From: Selaginella moellendorffii
Lineage: Eukaryota > Plantae > Lycopodiophyta
DNA length: 36,411 bases
NCBI RefSeq assembly: GCF_000143415.4
Contig: NW_003314297.1
Coordinates: 869,978 to 906,388 of the forward strand
Direction: 5' to 3'
The notes under the pieces were generated by a model. That model was not told where the DNA came from. It saw only the letters and a list, made by a program, of their open reading frames with translations, and made no database searches. Shown piece by piece: positions 1-12,919 of this stretch (position 1 is its first letter; the number at the start of each line of letters is the position of its first letter). The translations under genes and the position numbers were made by a program.

Positions 1-1788
1 ATACCCACTCATTATTTTTTTCTTGCCTTTGTCCTTTGAAAAGACCTTTTCAACTGTAGCCTCTCCGATCACCAATCTGCTAGTTTATGTTGATCTCAAC
101 ATGGAATAGATTTAGAGATTCTCATCCTGCTCTTAAACATTTTTTCACAGCTAAATAGTAGGGCAAATCATAGTAAAGCTTGAGAAATATAAGGGTACAT
201 GTTTTAGGGTTTGGAACAGTTGCCTTCACAAGCTCAATTGTGAAAAGACAGAAGACTATGTGTCTACGTTCTTCTAATGCCAACTTTAGCTACAACCCAT
301 TTGGTTGCCATCATCCATGGTGGCAGAATCCAGCCCCAACATAAAAAGTCCTACATGTATTTGTTTATGTTGGCTCCACTTGCTAAAAGTGCTTATACCT
401 CTAGACCTCCTAGCTGTATAATACAGATAATGTCAAATATCTATATAGCAAATTTTCATTTGTTCTAAATTTTTCCAACAATTGGCCAGATCTCTACTAA
501 TGATACCACCTTGAAGAATCTTTTGTGTGTGGTTTGTGTTTGTCTACTACATAATCTTTGCATCATTCACAAACTTGATAATGCTAGATTAGTGAGGCTC
601 ACAAGAGTTACAGGCTTCTCAAGCTTTTGAAATGTAAATGATATCAACAATTTAAAATTTAAAGTCTAAAGGATTAAAATAATTGTCTAATGTTGCTGTT
701 TATGAATTAAGTTGAGTGTGGTCTAAATGTTTTTTTTCCAGAGAAAGAAAAATCAAATTATTGAGGCAAAGAGAAATGCAAGTGAATGAAAACTAAAGCC
801 TTATTTCAAATCTTAATTAACACCTAATATAGGTGAACAAACATTTAATGAAGAATTGAATTTAAATTAGAGAATTATTACATAGATATGTGTTTAGAGT
901 TTCTCATGAATCCTCTTATAGTGTTTTGAAGCTTTTCCATAATTAAAACACTTTTTCATTTTTAACTAATAATCACTATTTTCTATTTTACTTTTGCCTT
1001 TGGTTTTCTTCAAGATAATTTTCTTGTCTTCATCCAATTAGTCAGCTTTTTTGTCTCTATTCTCCATTAAGTNNNNNNNNNNNNNNNNNNNNNNNNNNNN
1101 NNNNNNNNNNNNNNNNNNNNNNNNNNNNNNNNNNNNNNNNNNNNNNNNNNNNNNNNNNNNNNNNNNNNNNNNTGAAAAAGTACTTATTCATGTTTTTAAA
1201 CTTATCTTACCTCAATGTTCTTCATCCTTCTTTATAGGTTTTGGAGTTCTCTATCTTCCTTATGCTAATTATAAAAATCTATAGTGAAACATAAATTGAA
1301 ATTTAAGGAGAGTAATAAGAAGAATAATAACAATGTACAAATGAATTTAAATACTATAGCATATCTATAGCATCTATATATATTTATATACTATAGCATA
1401 TTAATAGTCTGTCAAATCTTCAGTGTTAGTTGATGTTAGTATTGATAATTCTTCAATGACATAGTTTTGATTCTCAATATGAGTTCAGTTTTAGCCATAT
1501 ATACAAATACTCCTCAATGACATTTAGAGCATGTGCCTATAATTTAGGTTTATACACAATACAAAAAACACCATTCATAGATTAAAATAGTACAATATAA
1601 TAATGCAACATACCAGATTTATACTCTTTAAAGTTCTGTTGCAAATCCAAAATATGTATGAAATCTAGTTGAGAATGCATCCTTTTTATATAATTGGGAA
1701 AACTATAACTTAAACATTGAAAGGTGCTATATATACCATCATGAATGTATCTTATGTTATTGATAAAATAAAATAGGGTATAGACCAA

Positions 1789-2093
1789 GTAGTTTCTAGC
1801 CTCAAGGGCTAAAGGTTATTCAAATAACCTTAGGCCCCCAGACTCTCAAACTGCCCAAGGTCCAGCTTGGGTTCGCCATTTTGGGTAGTTTCTGGCCTCG
1901 AGGGGTCAAAGTTATTCAAATAACTTAAGCCCCCGAACACTGAAACTGCCCGAAGTCCAACTTGAGCTTATCACTTTAGGTAGTTTTTGGCCTCGAGGGG
2001 CCAAGGTTATTCAAATAACCTTGGGCTTCTGGACCCCCAAACTCCCTGAGGTCCAACTCAAGCTTGCCACCTCGGGTAGTTTCTAGCCTCAAG
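1789..2093. repeat. Tandem repeat, ~96-bp unit, ~3.2 copies, each with a palindromic core
   Basis: Units begin with GTAGTTT at about 1789, 1885, 1980 and 2076. Each full unit contains (A)GGTTATTCAAATAAC(C)TT. Copies differ largely by transitions. Confidence 0.9.
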
Positions 2094-2395
2094 TGAGCTC
2101 AATAATGCCACTAACATCATATTGAATCTTGTGGTTGAGTACATTTGCAATACATTTCTAGGTATTGATTTCAAATTCCACCAGTAATGCAAGTTTTGCT
2201 TGAGCTATATTACCCACTAGATAGTATTGTGATTGATTGCACAATAAGTAATGGTTCTATGGTGGAGGTAGCATATGATTCTGAAAGATTCGTGTTTGCT
2301 ATTGAAGAACATCATTTATTCAAACATTAGCTTAGAGTTACCTCTAACCTCAAGGAGGTAAATTATATTTATTAAGATTTCAATACATGTATAGA

Positions 2396-3265
2396 TCACA
2401 GTGATCTTAAGTTTTTAGAGTTGGAGGTTTTAGAAGTCTCCCAAAGTATGCAAAAGCTATGGCTTAACAAATATAAAGTGAGCACAATCCCAATATAGAA
2501 AGAGGCATAGAAGGAAATGATATATTGATGATGACATAAAAGAAAGTTAAATGAATCCTTACTTGAGAAGAAAATCCTGTCATATATCAAAATGTCGGTA
2601 ATATTGTCAGTGTTAGTTGTCAATGTTAATATTATATTCCATAATTGCAAATTGGTATTCTCATATGCAATCAATTTGCAATGCTTGTGTGTTGTCATCT
2701 CATCCTTCAATATCTTGTCAACAATTATATATGAAGTGATAACACCATTTATGTAGTAGTTGTAGCAGTGCTCAAGAAAACCATAAAAAGCCATAAAAAT
2801 GTCCTGACCCAAGAAAAAAAGGCATATTAGGCATCTTAGAATCAAACTCTCAATTTGTTCACTAATTCCCATTAAATCAAGAGTGAGCTCTTCTATAGAT
2901 TGGGTGTAGTAGACTTTAACTTGAGGAAACTCCCCATCATTGACTTTGTCAATAGCCTAAAAAACTTATATTCTACACTAGCCAATGCATTGTTTCCCAA
3001 TCTTCACCATAAAGCAATAGTGGGTATGTGTCCATAACTTATTCTTGAATTTATTGTACATTCACACTTTCTAGACCTGTTGTTAGGCAATTGCTATAGT
3101 GTTTAAGAAAATTTTGTAATGAAGACATTTGTTTTGTCCAAAAACAAAGAAGCATATTAGACATTGAATATAATAGCATTTTGTGTTTTTAAACAGTCTT
3201 GCCATACCAAGAGCAAGATCTTGCAAAACATGTGGCACTGCTCTTGAAGCATTGAAGGTAATCCT
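2396..3265 (-). pseudogene. Degenerate coding remnant of unknown family (possibly TE-derived)
   Basis: The 158-aa ORF at 2396-2872 extends upstream in frame (AIDKVNDGEFPQVKVYYTQSIEELTLDL). An upstream block reads RITFNASRAVPHVLQDLALGMARLFKNTKCYYIQCLICFFVFGQ. The CLICxFxxGQ motif occurs twice. No family recognised. Confidence 0.35.
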
Positions 3266-5429
3266 TCTATAGTAATAATATTCAAAATTTTATATATAGG
3301 GAGTTCTAGTTCGACTTCATAAGAACCCCCAATCGAAAGAAGATTGTAATGTGATTATGGTGGAGGTGAATGTGGAATGTTGGTAAGCTTTATGGATGGA
3401 GGTGGAAACTAATATGAAATGTTAAGGACTCACTATGAGTAGCAATGACTTTTCTTTGAGGCATTTCTATATTAAAATTTTTTGGAGTGTAAGGATAACA
3501 AAAAATACTATAATAACTAACTTTTCTTGGCATTTACATATTTATTGGGAATGAATTTTATTTATTATGACAGTAATAATACTCAAATTCTTGAAATGTC
3601 AATCTTAGAAATGAGATTTCATAACCATAGTCTACTTATGAATAGAAGAGCTTCTATAATTCTAGATACACATGCTAGAATACTTATCATTCTAATGACT
3701 ATTTATATATATTTGTTTTTACACTTGTGCCAACTTTCTAGAAAAATACATAACAGGGAAATATAAACTATATTATAGTAGCAAAGTATGCAAGCATGTA
3801 GGCCCACATGTATTCTCTTATATGAGATTACCTTTCAATCTTGGAAACGTAGATAAACTTGATTCTTTGATGTGATATCACTTTTGAGTCTTTTAAAAGA
3901 TTTTGATTTTGATTATTATTATTTCACAATGACTCTCAAAAAATGCNNNNNNNNNNNNNNNNNNNNNNNNNNNNNNNNNNNNNNNNNNNNNNNNNNNNNN
4001 NNNNNNNNNNNNNNNNNNNNNNNNNNNNNNNNNNNNNNNNNNNNNNNNNNNNNNNNNNNNNNNNNNNNNNNNNNNNNNNNNNNNNNNNNNNNNNNNNNNN
4101 NNNNNNNNNNNNNNNNNNNNNNNNNNNNNNNNNNNNNNNNNNNNNNNNNNNNNNNNNNNNNNNNNNNNNNNNNNNNNNNNNNNNNNNNNNNNNNNNNNNN
4201 NNNNNNNNNNNNNNNNNNNNNNNNNNNNNNNNNNNNNNNNNNNNNNNNNNNNNNNNNNNNNNNNNNNNNNNNNNNNNNNNNNNNNNNNNNNNNNNNNNNN
4301 NNNNNNNNNNNNNNNNNNNNNNNNNNNNNNNNNNNNNNNNNNNNNNNNNNNNNNNNNNNNNNNNNNNNNNNNNNNNNNNNNNNNNNNNNNNNNNNNNNNN
4401 NNAAAGATAGTTTTTAGTAAGAAAATAAATAGGTCCTCATGACCTTTGTCTTTTCTAAATAACTCAATCTAGTAAAAACTTTTGACCTAGGTATTATATA
4501 TTTTAATATTTTAAAGTCTGTCAGAACTTTAATTTTTTTAACATAGATTTTCTTTGTAAGAGTTATGGTTGACTGCATTGACTTGTGCTGATACCATACT
4601 GTGTCATATTACTATAGTATAGAAAACAAAGTGATTACTGCAAACTTATATGATATATAGTGTAAGATTTTCAATTGAGTCTAGAGTTCTAAAGGGTCTT
4701 GAAGTTGCCAGAGAATGGATTTACTCTCAGCTCATGGCTATGCTTGTACTTTCATATTTGTTTTGAAGTTTCAACAATTAACTTTGGTTAATTGCTTTGG
4801 ACATTGTTTTGCTTGTCTAGAAGTGTAATTTTGGTCTTCCTTGATATCCTTGGACACATTAATTCATAACATTGAGACAACTTTCACAACATACTCCTTT
4901 ATACGTTCACCATAAGAGGTGTTTTAGTATTCTAGATGATCTTGCCTAGCTTTCCAGCTTTCCAGCCCCCTATCACCTTGCCCTGCACCATGTGCCACCT
5001 CTCTAATAAGCAAAGTACCTGTTTAAAGAAGTAAACTTACAGAATTACACACTACACAAATGCCTCCGGTTAGGCACCGAATGATCAAAAAACTAGATGC
5101 AATTTTGGACTGCCTACTATTTACCAGCCATCAGAAGAGCTGCAATCGTGAGTTCAGGATTGAAAATCATCTTTGTGGAAGGGTGAGTATTCAAGTTAAG
5201 ACGTTTTTGTTATAATCATAGGGTATTCAGATCTCCAGCTCTAGCCATGCTTTGAGCAATGGTCGATACAAGGCGTTCNNNNNNNNNNNNNNNNNNNNNN
5301 NNNNNNNNNNNNNNNNNNNNNNNNNNNNNNNNNNNNNNNNNNNNNNNNNNNNNNNNNNNNNNNNNNNNNNNNNNNNNNTGTTGAAACAGGACGAGTTCAG
5401 GTATATCATTAGTGCAACAAGTAGACTTA

Positions 5430-5828
5430 CTGATCTGCATCAATACACAGAAAACCATTGGAGTTGCCTGATGATATCCAGGAAGCGCCTTTTTCATGTT
5501 TTCTGGGAGAACTTGTAATGGTATCTCCAACCCTTGCATCAGCAACTGAGCGAATTGACATACCCCATCTCTACAGAGGAACATCGTCAAGACAAAATAT
5601 GTGTTGAAGGTGCGTACCTCTCCTGCGTACAGCTGCTGCACGGGCATTTGTGAAGGCGACAATACTCCTATTTCATCAACCTGGTATTCCTGCATGCCAA
5701 ATACACGTTCTGAATGAGAAAAATACCCATCTTTCCACTAGACATAAATTTTACTGATTCTCCTCGACACAAGCTCCCATCTATGACTCTAAAGTACACG
5801 ATGACGCCGCAGTAGGGATCGTAGTAAC
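5430..5828 (-). pseudogene. lepA: Chloroplast LepA/EF4 (GUF1-like) pseudogene fragment, domain II-III exons with introns
   Basis: Exon translations SYYDPYCGVIVYFRVIDG...FMSSGK, EYQVDEIGVLSPSQMPVQQLYAGE, SVADARVGDTIT and ALPGYHQATPMVFC match plant plastid LepA as I recall it. Frameshifted. Confidence 0.9.
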
Positions 5829-6364
5829 TGCCAAAACAAAAATGTAGTGTTACACAGCGGACAACAAGACGAGTGATTGCTGCTGGCTCCATTGTCCCTG
5901 GTAACATTCTATATCCTAGAAGCTTTTCTCAAGAGATATCTTACTGGTGGTGTTGTTGGAGCGCACCAATCATAGAGCGTTGCTGAAGGTAGATTTTGGC
6001 CTGCTTGCATGAACACTCACTGGTAAATTTGCTCGCACCAGCCATCTTCGACGTGAAAGAGGAGGCAGCAGTCTACACGCTGGGAAACCTCTACGTGATG
6101 CCGAAAGAAGCAACAGCAGCACAGACGGATCCACGCTCAGCTTTCAGCACTCGAAATACATTCAGTCACAAATAGCAAAGATACCTCTAGAGAGAAATTT
6201 TACCAATTTCTTGCAGGAATCCATAGCCGACTCTGATCTGGAAGAAGCTTGCATCGACACCAAGGTCGCAAAGATCCTTCTGGCATGCTACCAAGACCTG
6301 GACAAGAGCAGCGTGGCAGCGACTGGGAGAAGAGCTTGTAAATGGCGCGCTTAAATGACAAGAA

Positions 6365-6690
6365 CTTGTAATGGTATCTCCAACCCTTGCATCAGCAACT
6401 GAGTGAATTGACACTGCAAGATACCCCACCTTAAAGAACATCATCAAGGCAAAATGTGTGTTGAAGGTGCATGCATACAGCTGCTGCACGGGTGAAATGA
6501 ACAAGAGAGTGAACTCTAGGCTAACCTCCCAACCCTTAAGGCGTTACTTAAATCCCACAGGCCATGGAATATTCTTGGAAGATTCCTGTGGTTTGTGTCA
6601 ACGGGCATTTGTGAAAACAACCTGGTATTCCTGCATGCCCAAATACACGTTTCGAGCAGCTGCATATGAGAAAAATACCACCTTTCAGAT
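6365..6690 (-). pseudogene. lepA: Second, rearranged LepA domain II fragment
   Basis: VGYLAVSIHSVADARVGDTITS at ~6365-6430 and EYQV at ~6620-6632. It duplicates parts of 5510-5730 with deletions and an insertion. Confidence 0.85.
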
Positions 6691-6692
6691 GA

Positions 6693-7384
6693 GAGAGGAG
6701 AATTCAGATGAGTTATATCACTGAAAATAGTGCCTATGTTGTTTATGATCTTCCTCTGGCTGAGGTACTGTGCTCTCAAGTATTTTCTTCTGCTTGAATG
6801 CTGGTTAACCTTTTGGTAGATGGTCAATGATCAATTGAAGTATCTATGCGAGCATGGAGTACTCCATTACTGGGTATATCAAAAGCTCTTTATAGGCTGG
6901 TACTGAATTCATATGTTTAATCATGTAAATATTGCATAAGTGATCTTGTTGTTTTTGATATAAGAATCAATGGGGAGCTTGTGGAGCCACTATCAGCAAT
7001 CGTTCACAAAGATAATGTATTTATTCACTATGTTTAATTTAGGTGTTACCTCTTTTATTTTCCGTATTCTTAATGTGAGATCTCTCTATAGGCATGTCTT
7101 GAATCTAGAGTCATTGCTGCGCAAAGACGTGCTGGCCCAAGTGCTACAGTCTGTGCTCTCTTTTCAATTCTTTGTACAAGTTTCAAAATCTTCCAATGCT
7201 GTAGGAGGAGACATAACAAGGAAGAAGCTGTTGAAGAAACAAGTAAATAGATAAGCTACTTAATACATAATTCACTTTTTCGATGCAGGCCAAAGGCAAT
7301 AAACAAATGAAATCAATGGGAAGAGTGGAGGTTCCCCAAAATGCATTCGTGGCAGTGTTAAAGCTTGAAAAAGATGTGGTCTAA
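6693..7384 (+). pseudogene. lepA: LepA/EF4 C-terminal exons (copy 1), opposite strand to the adjacent LepA fragments
   Basis: RGEF / MSYITENSAYVVYDLPLAE / MVNDQL..YASMEYSITG / DIRINGELVEPLSAIVHKDN / RKDVLA / GGDITRKKLLKKQ / [31 protein letters not shown]. Introns retained; frameshifts and deletions present. Confidence 0.92.
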
Positions 7385-10170
7385 TTGTAAAAGGTACAAT
7401 AAACAAGGTATTGAAGGATATCCTATTTGTATCTCAAACCCAAAAGACCAAACCACAAAGAACATATAATAAAGGGGAAAGCCAAAAGCCATTTAAAAGA
7501 TTAATTAACCATCATTAAAAATGATTATTTATTCCATCAATGGAAAGATGCATAATCATCATCAAATAAATAATCTACCATCCCAAAGAACAATAAATCA
7601 TTCACATCAACAATAATTAAGTAAAACATTTGACAAAGATAATCAGTTATCTTAGATGATGGTTAATCATCACTAATAATCACCAAATGCAAACACCAAT
7701 TTAATATCGGAACTAATGAGGGAAAATGCCTTCCCCAAATAACTTTTAATAAATAAAACAATGAGTATGAAATTCAAAGAACAAAAAGTTGAAGAAGTTT
7801 ATACCCAAGTCTCATCTAACAATGATTATAAATTTCGTATGAACCAACTTTAAACCACAATATCCTCCTCAAGATATCCATAAGTTAAACTTCATAGTGC
7901 AAAGATAATAAAGACCATTTCTACATCTGTTTATAGCAAGATGTAACTCACTTCATAACAAACACAATAAAAATCATTAATAATCAATATAATCTTAACT
8001 TAATTCCAACAAGGAGTTAACAACTTCAATATCGATCACTAACTTTTCTTTTGCAAAGTTAGCATAGTCTAGGACTAAATCATATTTCAAATAAAAGCCA
8101 AAGTTTAACCTGTACTAAACAATCTTGTCTAGAATAAGACTAACTCAACTTGCAAATATAGTTACTAATTACTAAAATATACAAATGCTAATGACACAAA
8201 AATCCCAATTATTCACTAATCATTTGAACCACCACATATGGAGAATTCAACTTTTTTAATATGCCCATATAAACAACAAATCATCTCACTTCAATCTCAA
8301 CTCTGAGTGAAACAAGTGTTAACAATCTTTAATGAAGTTTACAAATAGTCATATACTTTTTCAATTGAAAGGTAACATTCTAGGGATAACATATAAGAAC
8401 ATAGATAAGTATAAACAAAATGACTGCTCAAATCTAACTCAATTGCATTAAACACATTAGTGCATTTAGCCAATAATTCAGAGCATATTCAAAGAGGCTT
8501 GCTATACATGATTAACACCCAGCTAAAATTAAAGTGAAGATCATGAAATGGATTTATAACCTCCTAATGTATAAAGTCATAATATTGGTTATAACATCTC
8601 AACTATAAACAATTAAGTCACTATCTTTAATTGAGGACTAAAGCCATCAATGCTAAGTCAAGATCAATGAGAACTTACTACTCTCATAGAGTTTAGCGTT
8701 ATGTAAAGTGCAACTTATTAGTAAACACAATGCTATTGAAAAAATGCACAAGGGTCACCAAGAAAAACACAATACCCACTCTTTTATGCCAATATTAAAT
8801 TTCAACTCAATTGTTTTAGCCCTAAAAGTTAATATTTTTTTTCATCTTACTCTTATTCTAGGAACTTAAATTCTCAAGACTTCATCAACTTCCTTCTACT
8901 AAGCGTGGATTACTTTTGAGCTCATGAGCTTAAAAGTTGAGCTTGTGAGTTGAGCTCAGTTTTCAATTGTAGTTTAATACAAATATTTATAAAATTTAAA
9001 AAATTAAGGTTATAGAAAACCTAACTTTATATTATATTCTCATAACTCTCTACATTTTATATGGATAAAACTATTTTAGAGGAGGCCTCTTATCCAAGAA
9101 TTTAAATATTTACTATATGTTATTTTAGGTAAGTTCATCAAAACATAAAATGAAATGGTTCTAATGTTGGTAGTTTCAACTTTTGAAATCTTTCTTCTCA
9201 TGGTAATAATTCAAGGATTAGGAGCTGCAATATTCATCCCGTTGCATAACACATCCAAACCATACAAAAGATAGAAAAAGAGGATAATGAGAATAATGAT
9301 CATATACTAGAGATAAATGCAATGATAAAGGGTGCAACAATTTAGGCGAAAAATAATGCCCTCCTATTTGTATTAAAAAATTACAATTTCATGACTTTCA
9401 AAAAATGCCCCAGCTTTTGGTGGAAACAGTGGCGACAATCAGTACAATAGCATATACACTCTTGTAACATATTGTAATATCATAGCCCTAAACTACTATG
9501 AAATATGTTTTGAGATGGTAAAGACAAAAATAGAGACATAGTAGTATCACAAATAGTATTGTAAAAAGAAAACTTGAAAGTATATTAAATGAAATGAATG
9601 TTTTATTATTAATTATATAAAGTATAAAAAGTATATATTACCGATAGAGAATAAATATTGATAATCTTGGAGAATATTATTAACTCCAAAAGTCTTACAA
9701 CTTAGCAGTAGTAAAGCTTGCCTGATGTATATAAATATCCACTTTAGGATCTTAGTGTAAAGTGTTGATGAAAATGAAATATATATATGCCTTCTTATAT
9801 TTTTTGTGTTTAGTAAAGTTTGGTTATATGCAAGGAAAATATTGAATAACAATTGTATACTCTCCATTTTCTATTTTGACAATGTGCAATATCTTGGAGC
9901 AAAATGGTACTCAATATTAAGACTATGATTGCTTTTTGCTCTAAGATATATACCAATATCTTCACCAATAAAGAAAAAACAACACTTTGAGTGAATATGT
10001 CACTAATAGAAGCTTAGGAATTGTACTCTGTAGATGTGACATAAACCACTTCCTCAACAATTGCCACTTTTGGAGTTGGTGGAGTCATTTTCTTTTTTAT
10101 TCTATTGTGTAATATCTCAATAGAAGGCCTTGTTCCTAATATCTTCCTTATTCGAATGCTAATGCTTTTG

Positions 10171-12805
10171 AATGGCGTGCTTAAATGACAAAAACTTGTA
10201 ATGGTATCTCAACTGAGTGAATTGACACCACAAGATACCCCACCTTTACAAAGGCATCATTAAGGCAAAATGCGTGTTGAAGGTGCATGTGTACAACTGC
10301 TGCACAGGTGAAATGAACAAGAGAGCGAACCCAATGCCTTTAGGGTTAGGAGGCTAGCTTAGCAGCAAGCAATAGAATATTCTCGGAATATTCCTGTGGT
10401 TGAGTCAACAGGCATTTGTGAAATCAACCTGGTATTCCTGCATGCCCAAATACACATTTCAAGCAGCTGCATATAAGAAAAATACCACCTTTCATATGAG
10501 AGAGGAGAATTCAGATGAGTTATATCACTGAAAATAGTGCCTATGTTGTTTATGATCTTCCTCTGGCTGAGGTACCGTGCTCTCAAGTATTTTCTTCTGC
10601 TTGAATGCTGGTTAACCTTTTGGTAGATGGTCAATGATCAATTGAAGTATCTATGCGAGCATGGAGTACTCCATTACTGGGTATATCAAAAGCTCTTTAT
10701 AGGCTGGTACTGAATTCATATGTTTAATCATGTAAATATTGCATAAGTGATCTTGTTGTTCTTGATATAAGAATCAATGGGGAGCTTGTGGAGCCACTAT
10801 CAGCAATCGTTCACAAAGATAATGTATTTATTCACTGTGTTTAATTTAGGTGTTACCTCTTTTATTTTCCGTATTCTTAATGTGAGATCTCTCTATAGGC
10901 ATGTCTTGAATCTAGAGTCATTGCTGCGCAAAGACGTGCTGGCCCAAGTGCTACAGTCTGTGCTCTCTTTTCAATTCTTTGTACAAGTTTCAAAATCTTC
11001 CAATGCTGTAGGAAGAGACATAACAAGGAAGAAGCTGTTGAAGAAACAAGTAAATAGATAAGCTACTTAATACATAATTCACTTTTTCGATGCAGGCCAA
11101 AGGCAATAAACAAATGAAATCAATGGGAAGAGTGGAGGTTCCCCAAAATGCATTCGTGGCAGTGTTAAAGCTTGAAAAAGATGTGGTCTAATTGTAAAAG
11201 GTACAATAAACAAGGTATTGAAGGATATCCTATTTGTATCTCAAACCCAAAAGACCAAATCACAAAGATGATAAAGGGGAAAGCCAAAAGCTATTTAAAA
11301 GATTAATTAACCATCATGAAAAATCATTATTCATTCCATCAATGGAAAGATGTATAATCATCATCAAATAAACAATCTACTATCCCAAAGAACAATAAAT
11401 CATTCACATCAATAATAATTAAGCAAAATATTTGATAAAAATAATCAGGTATCTTAGATGATAGTTAATCATCACTAATAATCACTAAATGCAAACACCA
11501 ATTTAATATCGGAACTAATGAGGGAAAATATCTTCCCCAAAAAACTCCTAACAAAAAGGTAAGACGATTCTTTAGCTTTAATCATTGCTTTGAAATTGGA
11601 ATAATGAATATGAAATTCAAAGAATAAAAAGTTTAAAGAAGTTTATACCCAAGGCTCATCTAACAAGGATCATAAGTTTCATATGAACCAACTTCAAACC
11701 ACAATATCCTCCTCAACATATCCATAAGCTAAATTTCATAATGTAAAGCTAATAAAAAGCATTTCTGCATTCTTTTAAAAGCCAAACACAACAAAGATAT
11801 GCTTAATAAGTGACCACTAAACTAATCTTCCAGGAATCCACTGGTTATAGCAAGATTTAACTCACTTCATAACAAGTACAATAAAAGTCATTAATAATCG
11901 ATATAATCCTAACTTAATTCCAACAAGTGATCACTAACTTTTTCTTTTGCAAAGTTAGCATAGTCTAGAATTAAATCATGTTTCAAAGAAAAGCCAAAGT
12001 TCAACCTATACTAAACAATCTTTTCTAGAATAAGACTAACTCAATTTGCAAATATAATTAATAATTACTAAAATACACACATGCCAATGATACAAAAGTA
12101 TAGTCAATTATGAATATCGTTTTAATTAAGACTAGTGAAATGAAATATTAATCTCCATTGAGCCCAACTATTCACCAACCATTTGAACCACCACATATGG
12201 AAAATTCAACTTTTTTAATATGCCCATGGAAACAGTAAGTCATCTCACTTCAATCTCAACTCCGAGTGAAACAAGTGTTAACAATCTTTAACAAAGTTTA
12301 CAAATAATCCACAGTCACAAAGAAATCAATAATCACTTTTCAACTCACTTTTGTAAGATCAAAATACTAAACTCATATCATTGAGTCATATATTTGTTCA
12401 ATTAAAAGGTAACACTCTAGGTAGTACAAATAAAATGATTACTCAAATCTAACTCAACTGCATTAAACACATTAATGCATTTAGCCAATAATTTAGAGCA
12501 TATCTAAAGAGGCTCGCTATACATGATTAACACCCAGCTAAAACTAAAGTGAAGATCATAAAATGGATTTATAACCTTCTAATATATAAAGTTATAATAT
12601 CAGTTATAACATCTCAACCACAAACAATTAAATCACTATTTTTAAGTAAGGACTAAAGCCACCAATGCTAAACCAAAATTAATGAGAACTCACTACTCTC
12701 ATTATGTAAAGTGCAACTTATCAGTAATACAATGCTATTAAAAAAATGCACAAAGGTCACCTATAAAAACACAATGACCACTCTTTTATGCTAACATTAA
12801 ATTCT
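10171..12805 (+). repeat. Direct segmental duplication, copy 2
   Basis: Same order of blocks as copy 1, with several extra insertions in the A-rich 3' part. Confidence 0.93.
10195..11191. pseudogene. lepA: Scrambled LepA pseudogene, copy 2 (minus-strand domain II piece plus plus-strand C-terminal exons)
   Basis: Same blocks as 6365-7384, ending [11 protein letters not shown] at 11189-11191. Confidence 0.9.
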
Positions 12806-12919
12806 ATTCAACTTAATTAGTTTGGCACAAAGCATTTGTCTTGGAATCATAATCCATAGCATGCTGGTCATCAAACTTGAGAATTACATGGTAATGCCCT
12901 GACCTTTTCACTCTAATGA

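Larger units (their letters stand above)
6341..8805 (+). repeat. Direct segmental duplication, copy 1 (partner ~10171-12805)
   Basis: Colinear sequence from AATGGCG(C/T)GCTTAAATGACAA to CCACTCTTTTATGC. Near-identical 94-aa ORFs at 6970 and 10777 (offset 3807). Confidence 0.93.

Noticed and set aside
1-620. Possible transposase remnant
   Set aside because: No convincing motif in any frame.
1789-2093. CRISPR-like array
   Set aside because: The sequences between the palindromes are homologous rather than unique spacers, there are no cas genes, and the context is eukaryotic.
1051-5518. ORFs containing X runs
   Set aside because: Artefacts of N gaps at 1073-1172, 3947-4402 and 5279-5378.
6970-7254. 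Duplicated 94-aa ORF (also 10777-11061) as a novel small protein
   Set aside because: It reads through introns and shifted frames of the LepA pseudogene; its conservation reflects the duplication.
7400-8800. A/C-skewed segment as a LINE or other retroelement relic
   Set aside because: Probably TE-derived, but no diagnostic motif could be recovered.
9164-9274. 36-aa ORF with a signal-peptide-like start (MLVVSTFEIFLLMVIIQGLGA)
   Set aside because: Short hydrophobic ORFs arise readily in AT-rich DNA, and no peptide-hormone motif was seen.
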